From Raillietiella orientalis (lineage: Eukaryota), in the NCBI GenBank assembly GCA_036172245.1, contig JAYWIR010000110.1, positions 1-64,000 of the forward strand: a stretch of 64,000 bases of DNA, given 5' to 3'. Position numbers and translations under genes: made by a program. Positions 22,870-37,301 of the stretch are shown piece after piece (positions within the stretch are counted from its first letter, which is position 1; each line of letters starts with the position of its first letter). The notes under the pieces were generated by a model, which had not been told where the DNA came from, did no database searches, and saw only the letters and a program-made list of their open reading frames with translations.

Positions 22870-23730
22870 ATGATCATTCAGAGAATATTTGCGATGTTAC
22901 TGGTATTGGTTAGTGTGTCTTTCGTGACTTTGGTTGAGCGTAAGGTTTTAAGAGTACAATGACTCGAGAGGCCGGGTAAAGTAGGGGTTGGTATTTTTCA
23001 GCCTATTGTCGATGGTTCAAAATTGTTGAATAAGGAACATTATGATGTAATGGGTAGAAATAGAGTTGGTGATAAGTTGGGTTCGTTGATTATGGTGTCA
23101 GAGATGGTAGGAATGTGAGTGATTTATCCTAGAAGTTGGGGATTGGTGGGGGAAATCATAGGTTTACTGTTGTTTGTGTGTTATTTAACAGATAGGATAT
23201 GTGGAGAATTAATGGGTGGCTGAGCTAGTAATAGGAAATATAGGTATGTTGGTGTGGTGCGTTCAGTAGCTCAGATGATTTCTTATGAAGTATGTATGAT
23301 TGTTGTATTAATGGGTATAGTAGTATATTTGGGTGGATATGAATTAGATGTGGAGGTAGAGAGCTGGTTAGTGTTTTGTAGGGCGGGTGGATTAATTGTA
23401 TGGATTGTTGAATGTTTAGTAGAAGTTAATCTTTTACCGTATGATTTTCTGGAAAGTGAATCTGAGTTGGTGTCTGGATATAATGCGGAGTATGGTGGTA
23501 TATTGTTTGCTTTTTTTATTTTTGTCGGAATATGGATTTATCGTTTATTGAAGGTTGAATACGAGTAGTTTATTTTTAGGAGGTTGTTATATGGTGAGAA
23601 TCAAAACTTTATTTGTAATGTATGTGATTATTTGATTACGATGGGTATTGCCTCGTTATCGTTATGATAAGTAGATATATCTGTGTTGGGGTGTTTTATT
23701 ATATTGTGTGTTTTATTTTTTATTGTCGGG
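22870..23730 (+). pseudogene. nad1: nad1 NUMT pseudogene
   Basis: RSVAQMISYE, ESELVSGYNAEYGG, LPRYRYDK*. Confidence 0.96.
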
Positions 23731-23863
23731 AGGGAAAGTAGCGATGGGAAGAATGAATGGGTATGATTTGATGGAAAGAATGGGGGGGTATGTGATGTCA
23801 AAAATTAGTTTATGAGAATAGTAATTTTGGGTGTTAAAGGATTATGTCTTGATGAAAGGTTAT

Positions 23864-23919
23864 TGCATTTCATTTTTTTTTGATTTACAAAATCAGTGTT
23901 TCAATTAAACTATGAAGGC
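23864..23919 (-). tRNA. trnT: mt-tRNA-Thr, NUMT copy
   Basis: Paralog of 10536-10591. Confidence 0.7.
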
Positions 23920-24064
23920 TGGGATTATAGATAGAGAATAATGGAAAGAGATAATGATTAAGTGGCTGATGCTCTTTGTTCATGGGTACCTTGGCTGTTG
24001 GGTATTTTCGAGTTCTTCATGTGCAAAGGATGAAGAATGAGGGTTTTGACAATGGTAATCCTTC

Positions 24065-26140
24065 CCCTGCCAGTTTGCTTACCAGTCGCTGCGCCTCTTA
24101 AAGTTGCATGTGTATGACCCGTGATCCATGTAGACAGAAGTCTTCGTGGGGATACAATGACCACCCCGATGTGGTCTTACGTGAATGTACGTTGGCACTG
24201 TGCCTTGACGATGTATTTTCCCTCCGCGCAACTTGCTCCTTTTGCTCATGGTCAGAAGCAGTGAGCATTGCCGTATGCATAGCTACAGTTGACGCACGTA
24301 TGCAGGGAACGCGTTTCATGCTGTCCTAGAGAATAGCGGTTGGTTATTTGCCTTGGTTCTCGCTTTCAGAAATGATCATAGCTTACGTGTGGTACTCGAG
24401 AATGTCAAAAAGAATTGCATACCTCCAACACACATTCTTCGTTCCACATTTGACTATTTTCAGATTTGAACTTTTCTGTGCACTTGATTGTAGCCTGCAT
24501 AACCTCGTGTTCTTGAGAAACACACTCGGATGCATATTCCATCGAGATCAGGCGCTCTTCTGGGATTGGACGTTTCACGGAAAGCAAGCAGCGGATTCAG
24601 AATCTGTTCTGCAGCACGCACTTGGTCTCGTGCCTCTCGGGCGTAAATGGCAACGCTTTAGACTATCTGGAGAAACCAAATTGTGAGTTGCGGCTCTGCA
24701 CGGTTCACTTGTTTCGAGATGCTCATACCGTTTGCGACGGCAACTGTCATTCGCATCGTGATGCTTGTGACGGAGGTGTCAAACCTCAGTTAGCTTAGAC
24801 GCTGAAGATGCAGGTGTCCTCTAGCAAAAGTGGAACCTCCGGACGGATTTTGCTTCCAGAAGCCCCCAACAATTTGTTGGGTCTAATAGTCGCAAGCGGT
24901 CTCTGAGTAAATTGGTGTGCTGCCATCGTCGTTTCGAAGTAGATGATGTGAAAAAGTGGGAACATTCTGTAGAGCCTCCCTATTACGTTGCGATCCGCCA
25001 TCGCACACACGTGCTGTTACTTTCACGGCGGGACCCTGTACGTAACCGAACAAAAGGCACTCTTAAACCAAGTCACTTGAGAGTTTTCACACGCAAGAAC
25101 ATGATGCGAACCAACTCCGCTCTTTCCACGTACTTGAGTTGCTGTCCAGATATCCATCAACCTGGTGCCGAGATGAAGAAGTGTGGAAATAAGGCGCTCC
25201 ACCGATGCAAAACGCAATCTTTTGGGAGCATAGATACAACCCGGCAATTAAGGAAGCCACCACCCGCAATGTCTCATGCAAGTTTCTTCGACATTGGAAC
25301 ACGCCGCTCGCAAACTCTCTATTGGACGTTAAGGGTCTTCCAAAGTGCTTGATGTGCGCCATCCATCCCTCGATATGGCGCTATTTCTGTCTGGCTGATA
25401 GCAGGCTACTAATGGCGATATGATTTTCACTCGCGGACTATCTAACCAACAGCCTATTATCATCAACTTGAATACATATGGAGGAACGAATGTCTCAATA
25501 CTTTAAGGTACTTTTCTTTCTACCAGTACTTTCACGGTTCTCGATTGCTGCAAAGCAACTTACGTGCCTTCGATTACGAATGAACTCAAAATTCCATGTA
25601 CCAAGTGCCATAATGGACTTGATCTTTTGGTTATCAAAGTCGATGGAACTCAAGACACGTGTCCGATGCTCACATGCATCTATTCATATCAACGGATTCT
25701 TCCTGCTGAAAAGTGGATGCGTCGATTCCTTTGTACCCCTGCGTTTAACTGTGCATATTGACGTGTCAACACCCTGGCGGTTTTCTCGCTGTGGATACGG
25801 ATAATGTGTCGCTTTGCATTCTGACGAAAAACGCGTTCTCTCATCAGCAACTCATGGAATCAAAGATCGGCGATTTTCCCTCAGCTTTCTCCAAGTGCTG
25901 CAATGTTCGCATCATCGGACGGTTGTTGCGCAATTCATAAGCGGCTTGGTCACAAGCAGCCTCAAGTGTCTGAGTCCTTACTACGGAAGAACATTTCTTC
26001 ATTGACGCCTAGATGATCCGAGAACTGAACTGCTAAGTTTCGACGAACCCTATCCCAGGTTTGTAGGCGGGCTGCAGGTGATGAACAGTCTCGATTCATA
26101 TGAATTCGCAATCAGCAAAATGACGGTTCTCTCCACTGTG
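24065..26140 (-). mobile_element. Degenerate piggyBac-type remnant (unit 2)
   Basis: Paralog of 10740-12810. Confidence 0.6.
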
Positions 26141-26144
26141 CGCC

Positions 26145-27240
26145 TGTAACACTAGATATTCCGTTCTCTTTTCAATGTGGTTCCGTTTTTAACTTTCTTT
26201 CCTTGTTATTGGAAAGCCACACTAATCCTAGAGTTTGCCTAATTTGTTCGTTCTTTTCTTCTCCAGTTTTCTTTGTTACCGTTCGTGAAATGTGCCAAAT
26301 GAGCCTGTCGCGTGCCGTAAGGCGCACGTTACTTTTTTGAAAACAGTGTTTTGTTACCACGGCTCTCCGTCTAAGGCAAGGGCCGATGATTTCTAGAAGA
26401 TAGAGCACCTTAGAAGGAGCTATGGAGATGAATTCAAAAAGATCTCAAAGTCCGTTCCTCTCTCACCCATGGTGATCTCACCTCCCACCCTAGTTGTCTC
26501 CCTTCTCTTTCTCTCGTAACGCTCCCTCCCTCCCCAATGGGCATGGCTGTCCTCTCCTTTTTAAATTCTCTGCTTTAAACTTCTTCAAAGGCTCATCACC
26601 CTTGCGTGGGGTGGTCCTCTGCATCTCAACTTCTCCATTGGGAACCCGGAGAAAGTCACTTTGGGAGAATTTCTGCTTCGGAGGGAAACCGCAATGGAAC
26701 CGTTCCTGTTCAATCTTCTGAAGAGAACCCCGGAAGCATGCTTCAGAAACTCGGAAGCGGCTCGGCGCTTGCTTGTAGGTACTCGCTCTCGCTTCCTTCC
26801 TTGTGCACTCGGTGGAGAAGCGACGAATCGGTGGGTATTTCCTCGGCTGAGCAGGATCCGCTCCATCGAACAACTAGGGAGAGAAACCCGCGAAGGCTCT
26901 TGCTCCATGTTCCTTCTCTTGCTCTTTGTGAAGAGCATGATTTGAAGCGTACCACCGCTGAGGGCGGTCCGCTCCAGCTAACAACTAGGAGAGGAGCTCT
27001 TGCGTGCTCTTGCTAGAGGTGCCTTACATTGCACTATGAAATAAGGCGATGAATCGGATTTGACCCCCGCTAAGAGGTCTGTTGTCCATTGTACAACCGG
27101 ATGGCGAACTCCCCACTCCCTGGAATCGTGAAAGGACTCAAAGTTCGACTGCCATTGTTCCAGGCTTCATGAGAAGTCTCCAGGTTAAACTACCATCGTT
27201 GCCCCGACCGAATTTCATCGTACTCCCATCGCCATTGCAG
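26145..27240 (-). mobile_element. Gypsy-like remnant (unit 2)
   Basis: Paralog; putative LTR 26145-26480. Confidence 0.45.
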
Positions 27241-28442
27241 GAGAAACTCGGAACCCAACGACGCAGTTGCGTCATTTTATGCCATATCCTTCGATTTGGC
27301 GACGCATCGTGCCATGCACAAAAGCCTTAACCCCAAAGCCTTTGACCCGCCCTAATCTTTATCCTCATCTTTAAGAGCAACGTGCATCGCACTATCTCTC
27401 GGAATATCACGGTAAAACAGTCATGAATTTGCATTCGCTTGGTCGTAACGCTGGAAAGGAGGGAACTTTGTGAAGGATTCGCTTCCAATCATTTCACAAT
27501 GCCTCCATTCAAAAATAAATTCAAGTGAATTCGGGAACAACACTAATGGTAAAATTGCAAAATTCTGGAATAAGAGTGCAATCGATTCGCATTGTAAATG
27601 CGGTCCCATGCTGCGACGCAACGAAAACTTCTCGTGGCAACTGCGTAGGTATACCGTACGTCGCGGCATTACAGCAGCCACAAGAGACCCTCATGGAGCG
27701 CCTTCTACAACGAGATCCCACATACGCGTTCGCGGTCGCAACGTGGAGGCGGGCGCAGTGCTTCGTTCTCGGCGGCCCACAACTGACTGAGATACAGCGT
27801 AAGCGGCTCGTCAGCTGCTCGCTAGCGCGCAGGAGCGGTTCGCTGCCCGCGGAACGCCGGTCGCGCCAACGTTACATGCACTCATGTCCAGCAGAACATT
27901 GGTCTCGCTGCCGTGACGACACACATCATGGCATCGTGGTCCATCATTCCATTGGTGGATCACGGATTCGAAATTTACAGCATTCGAGAAATGCTTTCAG
28001 TCGACGACGGACTGCGTTCTCTCTTGTCTCGCGTACTGTAAGTTGATTGTTCTTGGAACGTTTTGACTGCACGCAAGACGGACCATCAGGCTCTAATATC
28101 GACTCAAGCCTCCAGCAGTGAGTACCAGCGTGCAAGAGAACATCGGCCAGCAGTAGGGAGTGCGCGGCCAGAGGACCGCTGGCCGTCCTTGCTCACGGTG
28201 AACACCCCTGTGAGCGTTCGGCTGCGGCTCACGGCTGCGGATTGTGCCAGAGGGCAGGCCGCGCGCGGGCGAACGCGCTTTCGCGGCCAATCGACCGCGG
28301 AAGAAGCCAAACTTTCCGTGCAACGCTCGCGACCTGTGCACGGAAAATCGCCACAACCTTGCCCACCTGTGTGACAGCTGAACGCAATCCGTGTCGCAAA
28401 GAAGTGGATTCATGTATGTCTTTATTATTTTTTCTTCCAGGC

Positions 28443-28976
28443 ATGCCGGACCAATCAGCAAATCGCACGCTGCGCAAGCCAACCGGGATCTACCTTCGCC
28501 TCCTAATCCAGAACAGACGCTACCTGCGCTTGTATTTCCTATACCGCACGAAGCTTAACACCATCGTCGAGGTCCCCGAAGAAGAGCAAAGTGCGGAGCT
28601 GATAGAGCAACTTCTAGCGGGCTACGCCGTTCAGGAGGACCTGCATGAGGAGATGCCAGCAGTGCAGACGAAGAGGTACCAGGAGCATCTGCAGGAGCAC
28701 TCAGCAGCACGGAAGCCGGATCAGCAGCAGCTGCTGTCTGGCGCCATGGACGCGCTCGCGTGCCGTCCGGAGCTCGACCGCAGCGAAGCGGAACGGCGTC
28801 CATGCGGACGCTGCTCGACGCAGCACGGATCCGCTAACAAGAGTCATGGCTCTCTCTACATTACTAGTCATCTTTCGCGATGCTGGCGTCGCGTACTTCG
28901 TTTTCTGGATGCGGCCTGCATGCTTCCGAGCGAGAGTGATCCCCGAGGAGACCCCCAACCACATCGCGTTTCATAG
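28443..28976 (+). CDS. Orphan protein, B lineage, 177 aa
   Basis: Same acceptor/ATG context; LNTIVEVPEEE; open frame. Confidence 0.6.
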   Translation: MPDQSANRTLRKPTGIYLRLLIQNRRYLRLYFLYRTKLNTIVEVPEEEQSAELIEQLLAGYAVQEDLHEEMPAVQTKRYQEHLQEHSAARKPDQQQLLSGAMDALACRPELDRSEAERRPCGRCSTQHGSANKSHGSLYITSHLSRCWRRVLRFLDAACMLPSESDPRGDPQPHRVS

Positions 28977-29214
28977 GGAGCGAGATGTGGTTTTTTTTAG
29001 TTCCCTGTTTACTGCTAGTCTTCCATCTCTGGTGAGTACTTCTTCGCAGGGAGCTTCGTTCCCCAGTGGCATTTGTTCCCTTCTTCAGGTTTGTGATTTG
29101 GTAGTAGCGGAACAAGCAATGGAATCGTAATGCTGGAACGAGTGTCGTCCTCTCATGTTGTTGGTCCTCTGTTTGATGAGTCGCAATTTGAGTTTCGTTC
29201 GCATTCCCGAATTC

Positions 29215-31140
29215 TGGAGTTCCGTGAGTTTACGGATATCAAAGCTTCCGGCAAATCTTAAGTGAAATTGATATGTTCATTAATACGCAAATAAACTTCA
29301 GGAAGAAACAAGCATGAATATTTATTAACAACCACATATCAGGAACCCATTCTGTAATTTGCATGGACTTATACGCTACGATTGCTAGCAGATGAATTTC
29401 TGATTGCTGTTTCGGTTGGTTGGTTACATCGCAAAACACATAGCAAAAGAAAGATGATATTCACATAGGATTCATAAATTCTGAACAAACGCGTTCACTG
29501 TGCGCTTGCGTTACAGAAAGCAGCGTCATTCACCCAATACTTCGAAAATTTTTTCTACAGTTGGTTCAGACATAAAAAGTCGGAAGACCAAATGACAAGG
29601 TTTAGCTCTGCTCGTTCCACGAGTTTACCGTTTCCCTTTTTTGCCGACAGATTCGCCACCATACAGGCATTAACAAAGTCTGTACACATTCGCTGGCTTC
29701 ATATGCATTCTATTTACATAAACCCATATCAACAGCAATACAATTTAATGGAAGCAATGTACACGTAACTTTGATGTTTCTGAACTTCGTATACGTGTTC
29801 TACATATGCTCTCCATACTACGTGGGTTGAGAAAATGTAAATTCTTGATTACAGGCACATGGATTGCTAATGAGCTCGAGAGGATTTGCGTCTACGCTGC
29901 CTATAGTGGTTTCGTCATGAAAAGCTTCTCCAATTTCGTAAGCAACACTGCTGCAAGGTTGGTGATCCCTCAGAAAACAAGTTCGTTTCTAGAGCAGAGC
30001 GCATTAAACCATACTTGAGAACATCTCGACTGCAGATCCTCGGCAGCTCTGGAAAGCCATTTCTGTGCGATCCGAAAGAGGTATCCAGCTTCCAGTTTTG
30101 CCACGCAGCAAAGTGAATTGCCAAATCGAGATTTCGTGCGGCAGATGTCAATTTCGTATTTGTTCGCCTTAAGAATATCGATCCGTGGAGTCACACGATA
30201 CTGTACTCTGCTGACTTCGTGGCTAGATTCCAGAAGACGGAGGCACTTGGTGGTCAAAGCGGTCATGCTCTTTTTGCCTTGTTATCCACTTTGATGTCAC
30301 TCCATTGGTCGTGCATACGAGATAGGAAGCATTCTCTTATTTCTATCCCGATGTAGCCGCTTCTTCTCCTCTTACCTAGCTCTTTTCTCTCTTCCTTGGC
30401 AACGACGGGGTGCCCTTGGGGGATCGTTGGCTTGAAAGTCGCGAAAGTGCTCTTTCCGCGCAGTCTTCCTAACTATGTACTCCGTTCGCGGACAGCTTGC
30501 GTGATGAAATCGAGAATGGCGCAGAGAAAAGTCCTTTTGCGGAAAAAAGTGAGTGAGCAAATCTTTCATTATCCATGCGAGTTACGGAAAATGAGCTACG
30601 GATATCAAGATTCTCATTTTCACAACATTTTTTTATCGCATAGCTTGAAAATGAAGCAGCCGATTACTTCCAGGAATATAGTGCATACACCATAGGTTTT
30701 GTCGTTTGCCTTTTGAAAGCAGTTCGTCGCTGGGACGTGTTGTATATAGTTCCGCATCAATTGAAGCAAAATCATGGCAAGATGTCTGCCTGTGTTCCTA
30801 GATTTACAATCTTTCTAGAAGGTTTGCAAGGAGACCAAAAACGGTTCTACATACGCAGAGCGAACATATGGCGAATGTTAAGAAACTTCTTTGGTGGATG
30901 ATAGTTTTCCAAAGTAGATGAGCGGATTAAACCTTTAGTTTGAAATGGTAGAGCTGTACAGCTTCCAACGCGGCCTAGCACGATAAAGAATTTCATCTAA
31001 GCAGGAGTCACGTTTTCGGATTGGCCGTATGCGGAATTATCAGCTCAAACTCTCGAGGAACTCGTGACCGCTAACTTTCGAGAGGAACACCTCCGTTTTC
31101 CTGGTTCGCTTGGGGCAAGCGGATCAAATCCTTCCTCTCT
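29215..31140 (+). pseudogene. Degenerate Maverick pPolB (unit 3, B lineage)
   Basis: ITGTWIANELE, SSGKPFLCDPKE, KMSYGYQDS. Confidence 0.7.
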
Positions 31141-31360
31141 TAACTCTCAACATTGAAGGTTGTTGCCTCCATAACGGCGTCGATAGGAAACTAGACAAAG
31201 AGCCTGAGCGATGCTTGAATCGAAGACAAGCTACTGCTGAGTGGCGGCGGGAATCCTTGAGGTGTTCTTTCTGAACTGAAACTGAAGTGGCACACTTCTT
31301 AAAAAACTAATGTTCGGTGGAAATCCTCATCTTAATTTCCATTCTTGACATGTTTATTTA

Positions 31361-32105
31361 GTGCGTATACCAATAAGAATACAAGAGATTGAGACATTCA
31401 TTACGCTTGACGGAGTATCCAAAAATTTTACACTTTCGATTCGTTTGTACAAAAGCATGGAAAAGTCCATTCTCGACACAGGTGAATGTATTCTCAATCC
31501 GTCGCTTGTTCTGTGTTCCTTGAAAGATACTGAAACCAATAGGTTCACACATCTGGAAGCATGGGAATGTCAATGCGCAAGGGAAACGGTGCACAGCAAT
31601 AGTTTCCGGTACAGGGAAGAGCTCATCTCCGTTTCAGTTTTCCCCGTGGGATACGCAGAGCTCTCAGGAAGAAAAGGAATTAGAAAGGGATCGAAAAGCA
31701 TGTTAGTTGCGAGGAGAATTGCGGTCGGGTGGCTACATCGGACCTGTGAGGAAGTGCGGCCAGGCGGCACCGAGATGCCCGAAAACTGCTGCGGTGATGG
31801 AAGCGTTGGCTCGCCCGCTCAGAGTTCCCTGGTGCGCCTTGCAGTGTACACAAAGGTCTCCGTCTGCAGAAGTTTCGCATTTCGGCACGGCACGCCTCGC
31901 GCCCGTACTAATCTGAAGAGCCATGCGAAAGCGGCTGTAGGGTGAGTGGCACAGCAATCTCTTCGTTGTTTATACTCGTTCTTTCGTCCCTACGTTACAC
32001 AGCGGTTCTCATCGACACGAATCCCGTTCATCCCAAAGTGTCAACACGTACCTGCAGAGGCCCCAACGCTCTCCACGAATATCTCATGGTGGTATGCCAT
32101 CTAGA
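31361..32105 (+). pseudogene. Degenerate Maverick minor capsid (unit 3, short form)
   Basis: Paralogous to 1906-2700. Confidence 0.45.
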
Positions 32106-33554
32106 AAGCACGTCTTCTGCACGGTTGGATGCTTTCTTTAATGCTCTCTCCGAATCAAATCATTTCTCTCCATCCGTTGTCATCATCGATACTTTCTAAT
32201 GTCGGTTCTATTTTCTCTAAAATCTTTGTTCTTCTTTTTCGAGCACTTCAGGAACGATCGTCACCGTCGGGCACAGCGCTTTCCGTCGTGATAAAGCAAA
32301 CGGGCAACAGGTTGCCAGCACGTTCGCATCCGGAAAAGGACTAGATAGAAGAGCACACTGTCGTGCTGCATGTGTCAACGCAGATCGCGTCCTTCGAGAA
32401 TAAGCGTCGATAAGCTACTGTCTTACACATCCCCTATCATCATGTTGAATGTTATGGAATGGAGTGGATCTGTTGAAAAAGAGTTGACCTCGTGGTTGTT
32501 GCGTTTTCGCTGAGATCGTCCGGTTCCGGCGAGCTTTCAAATGTTCACCTTCATGCACCATCGTCGTTGAACAGCAATGCAAGTCGATCGTCTTCCCTGA
32601 AGGTTGGATTAACTCGAGAGGAATGTCTACTGCTGAACGAATCTCTATCTGATTTTTTTCCTAGATAGTAAAAGCATTTATGGAGACTACATTTTAAATG
32701 TGGCCACAACGACACAGCAGATTCATATAGGTTCATCGATATGCAGATGTCGATGTATGGGGAAGGTTTTCGGCGAGCTACCGTTTGCTGTCACGGAGCA
32801 CTGACACGCTGCATTCAGGCAGCCAATTCATTATTTATTACGAATTTCTTCCCACTTTCGTGCCAACAAGACTGTACTTGATTTTCCGCTGTCGGAGAAT
32901 GTATGAACAAAGCCGCGGATTCAGATCACTCTTCATGGTCAGATATTCCTTGCAATATGCTGTCCTGTATACGTCTAGGTAATGTAGCTGCGGTACATTT
33001 CTGCAGCGGAATGCCTCTGCCGGAGTTTCTGTCTTCCATGGTATTCCAACATCCTTCCGAAAAATGCACGTGTTCGTTCCCAGGAAAGGTGTACCCTCGT
33101 GCACCTACGGTCAATTCACAGAGCTTTACGTTTCGTTTATCATACTGAAGATCAACTGTTGCACGCTCTGCAAATAAGATATCTTGCTAATTTTGACTTC
33201 CAGCAATAGAATTTCGGACTGTCTCGCAAGTACTTTCAGGTTCTGAAGGTAATTGTGGAATAAAACAGAACCGTGGAATTTCAATTTTATCCTGGAGAAG
33301 GTGAGCAGTCAAGAGATTGTGATCTTCATGGTATAGTAAGGGTTTTGACGAAGCGAGGAATCCTTCCGCAATGATAATAATCACACACAAAGGAAACCTT
33401 CATTTCACCCTGAAATTCTGCGTGGTCGAGGGATTTGAAACCACGATGCTCCTCACGATTCAAGTGCTTTTGCTGATTAAGGAGAAGAAGAATTTTTTTG
33501 CTATTTCTCAACACAACATTGCCAAATCTTCGTTTCCTCTTCTACCTAGGATAT

Positions 33555-36500
33555 TTCTCACTGTGGCTCGCCGGGGCGTTCATTTCATATGAATACAACA
33601 TTAATAAATATATAAAATAAACCAGTTGGGGACCATGCCCACAACCGACGAAGGCACAAGTATCAATAGAACATTGCTAGCACGCAGCCCGAATTACACA
33701 GAACGGTTTGTGGGAACTGGAACAACAAAGCAACAAAAACAAAAGTAATCCACGGGGGACGCGGTCACAAGTGTCTTTGGGATCGCACTGGTTCTCTTCG
33801 TGATAATAGTTATAACACCGGTTTTTTAGCAGAGTGAGCAAGGAAGGGGTATGTGTGGGATTCAGGTCATAGTGGTCACCGGATTAAACCGTTCTCAAAA
33901 GTCTGTAATGAGACTAGCTGGCAGCGTTTTCCATGGATTCTGCTGCAATCCGGTGAGCCTTTCTTCGCTGGGCTGACAACTTTAGGGCGTAGCGGGCCTT
34001 CAGGATGGCGCGAATGCAACACATACTTGCTGCATTCGCGCCTACCAAAAATCCATTCCTCCTGAAGAAGCACCGCAGCACATCAATGGCAGTGCCTTCC
34101 TGCGGCAGGATGGCTGCAATCAGCCTTCGCCACAGTTCACGAAGGTCACCGCAGTCCATCAAGAGGTGCGGAAAAGGCTCGATCTCACCGCACCTCAAAC
34201 AGTTTGGTGGAGCAGCTCCCCCGGAAACCGTGCTTCGCTGCCGATTACAGTGGAAGCCCCACTGTTAAAAGAGCAGCACGTCTTGTTTCCACATTAAGGG
34301 GAACACGGAGCTGTCCAAATATACGGTAGAGACCACTATCTCTTCGGAGGGTTCACTGAAATGTTGCTCCACCGAAGCAGGCGCATCGCTTGATTACGAG
34401 GAGTGGCGGTTTCCACCAGTTCCTTTGTCGTCCAGCAGCCGAGGAGCTTACTGACTCCCGCTATTGAGCAGGAGAACACCCATTTCGCCGTTAGGCTACT
34501 GGCGTTGCTTGCCCTGAGGGCAGACAGCGCTGCGGCGAACGGTGTGGCGGCCAGACGATCCGACATCTTCTTGTCCTGCATGACTTCGTCGATTGGATGA
34601 CTGAGGAGAAGTCGCAGGCGCCGAAGATCGTTCGGGCGCGATCCTTCGGAAGCTGCCCACGATGGAAACGATTCCTGCCGCCATGCAATAATGTTCATTA
34701 GGCGGCAGAAGGTTTAACATTGGGCTTTCAGCAGTGAGGAGAGCTGCCTCAGCGGGAAGGCAAACCCTATTCTGGTCTGCCGAAAGTGGGGCAGCAACGA
34801 AAGCAGTCCCTCGCTTCCCGTGTAGCGCCTTAGTATAAGTCTTGCAAGTAAGCATCACTGCGTAAACCACAGCTTGGTACAGAGACGCAGCATTCGAAAA
34901 TGCACCTGCAGCTCGATGGTTTTTCAGACTAGGATGCCCAAGCCTGCATCCTGACGCGGCCCCACCAAGTCGTTAAGTCTAACACGGGATCTTGCAGCGC
35001 TCCACAACGTTTTGCGTATAAGGCGCTGCGCCCAGACTTTGACTTCTTGGGAGGATGGACAAACATATAAACAAGGGGCGAAGGAGGGGGACAACGAAAG
35101 TGTTCCATATGCTGGCGCGTTCCGGCAAGACGAACTCTCCTCCTGAGAACGGACCAAGTGCACGCTCTGCTTTCCGAAGGCAGTAAGACTACACTTCTGA
35201 GATGCAGAAGTCGCCCAACGGCACGCCAAGGTTCCTTAGGTACCTGCCTGTGGGGATCCCCAGGCGCATCCAGTCGGACTGCCCCTCCCACGTCGCTCCA
35301 ACCGGAACAACCATGCTCTTGCTAATGTTGACGCTCACGCCCGCACCGCGACGGATCAACTCAAAGAAATCGTCAAGCGACGCCACCGCGGTGGACTGAG
35401 ACTGTAGTGTGAATGTTTTTGTAGAAAAATTTTGAAAAACAAATTTACCCCACCCCTTGTGGGACTTGGGGAAACTTGCCGAGTAGGAGAAGGGGCGGAT
35501 GCATGCAGTGTGTTTTTGCGCAGCACGCCGCGGCTTGGTACAAGTTTCGTAGCCGCCGCAGAGACCCCTACGTTGCATTGGGGGTTTGCCGGTTTGGGAA
35601 GGCATAGCGGGTTGGAGCTGGAAGTCTCCGCCCTGTGGCGATCTTCTTGCTCACCTACCTTTCCTACCGAGGTTTTTCGGGTATTTCCCGGTTGCTGGAT
35701 TGGAGTGGTGTTTCCCAGTACGGCAGCGAGGGTGGGCACGGCACGCGTCGAAGCCTCGCGCAACTGTTTAATTGGCTTCCCCACCGCGATTTCTCCCTTT
35801 TATGGCGTTGCGGGCGGGGACGCCTTTTGTATTGCTGCGTATTGCTTGGCGCTTTTGCCAAGACTCCGCGGAAACTGCTTTCTCTTGGGGGCAGCGGCCT
35901 TTCGTACGTTGGTCTCTTGAACGCGACGAACTTCCGCTGCTGCATTTTTCTGTGCAAGGACCTGTTACCTTTTTATTTCGTGCCCGCTTCCTTTGCAATA
36001 GCGACATTCCGAGGTGGCACATTCGTTCATTCGGTGTCCCTCCTTGGCGCACTGCTCGCACGCGCGTTTCTGCCCTATGAACCACAGGTGAACGACCGTA
36101 CCGTTCACCTGCTGCTGCTCGGGCACAATACGCCTGTTCACGACGATGATCCGCGCGGAGGCTTGTCCAATGTGGTCAGAGGAAAAATCCTTTAGAGGAT
36201 TTGGCCTTCTCCACAGAGGGTGCACGGTGGCGAACATCGCCAGCACACTTACGACATCGGGGTCGGAGATTTCCGGCTCGATGTCGCACAATTGGGCGAC
36301 AAACTTGTCGTCCATCACGGAAGGCAGGACTTCCTTGCCACCGATGGACAACGGAGTACGGAGAAGACGCTGCACAAGTGCTTCGTTTTTGAACCATATC
36401 TTTGTGGATTCCATCCTGCTCCCAGGCATGATGGCAAGGAGCTCCTCCTCCCGAACGCCGATCCGGACGAGCAATCGTTGAGCTCACGCCCGGTCCTATC

Positions 36501-36840
36501 GTTAAGGAGCCCACTGACCTTATAACGGTGTGGGGGCATGTAGCCGGATGCCACATAAACCTGCAACTTCGCATCGCAGGGTCCTGCTCCCTGGGAGGTG
36601 ACGGCGGCGTAGTACCTCACCGAAGGCGAGGAAACCGTCACGGAGGATGCGGCCGCTTCCATTCCAATTGAATTGGATTCAACGGCTGTCTCCTCCACAC
36701 CATTCTTAGAGGTGGCCATGCTGCACAACGCTGCTTGGTCCACTTCCAAGAAACACACAAGTGCAAGCGAAAACGCACGCACAAAGAGGCTCGATAGCGG
36801 ACGCGGAAAGACGCGAAAACACGTCTGCACTGTACGAGCG
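33555..36840 (-). mobile_element. Tx1/L1-clade non-LTR retrotransposon, internally deleted, with near-complete ORF1
   Basis: Same insertion site and TSD as unit 1; GVSVNISKS and CLRCGEIEPFPHLLMDC. Confidence 0.9.
35440..36719 (-). pseudogene. LINE ORF1 (RRM-like region plus tandem CCHC zinc knuckles), frameshifted
   Basis: FIGQKRACEQCAKEGHRMNECATSECRYCKGSGH matches the Tx1-type YxGQxxxCx2Cx4Hx4C-Cx2Cx4H pattern; frameshift near 36475, stop at 35965. Confidence 0.85.
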
Positions 36841-37301
36841 CAGGAGATCGGTGTCATCAACTTGTAAGTTATCTATTTCTACTTGTATCCTACGAGATTC
36901 AACGTGCGGCAGAAGTCCATTCACATCTGAAAGGCAGCGATGATACATATGTACATATATATAAATATCTATGTACAAATGCATATGAATATGTATAATT
37001 ATATTTAACATCTTTAATTATACATACATGTTCTATATAATGTAAGAAAAAAATATTTAAGTACATAAATTATTCATTATAATAAAATGTTAATTTCATA
37101 CCTGAGATATAATGTAATAGTTATATTAGGTTTTCAGAGTAAACAGAATATTCTTTGATTTATAGTTTACTTCAAATGTTTTATATAACAATCATTTATT
37201 GTTATTATTATAAAATATATTATCTTCAGTAAGTATGATAAAACTAATTCCTAAAATATTTTTAATTTTAAAAAAAATGAATTCAGATTCATTTTTCATA
37301 A

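Larger units (their letters stand above)
20448..24060 (+). other. NUMT copy 2
   Basis: Same content and junctions as copy 1. Confidence 0.95.
16117..29446. repeat. Tandem composite unit 2: no LINE, full NUMT, B-type orphan ORF
   Basis: Collinear with unit 1; empty LINE site at 20348-20355. Confidence 0.95.
32445..36940 (+). pseudogene. Degenerate Maverick major capsid protein interrupted by the LINE (unit 3)
   Basis: Paralogous to unit 1. Confidence 0.55.
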
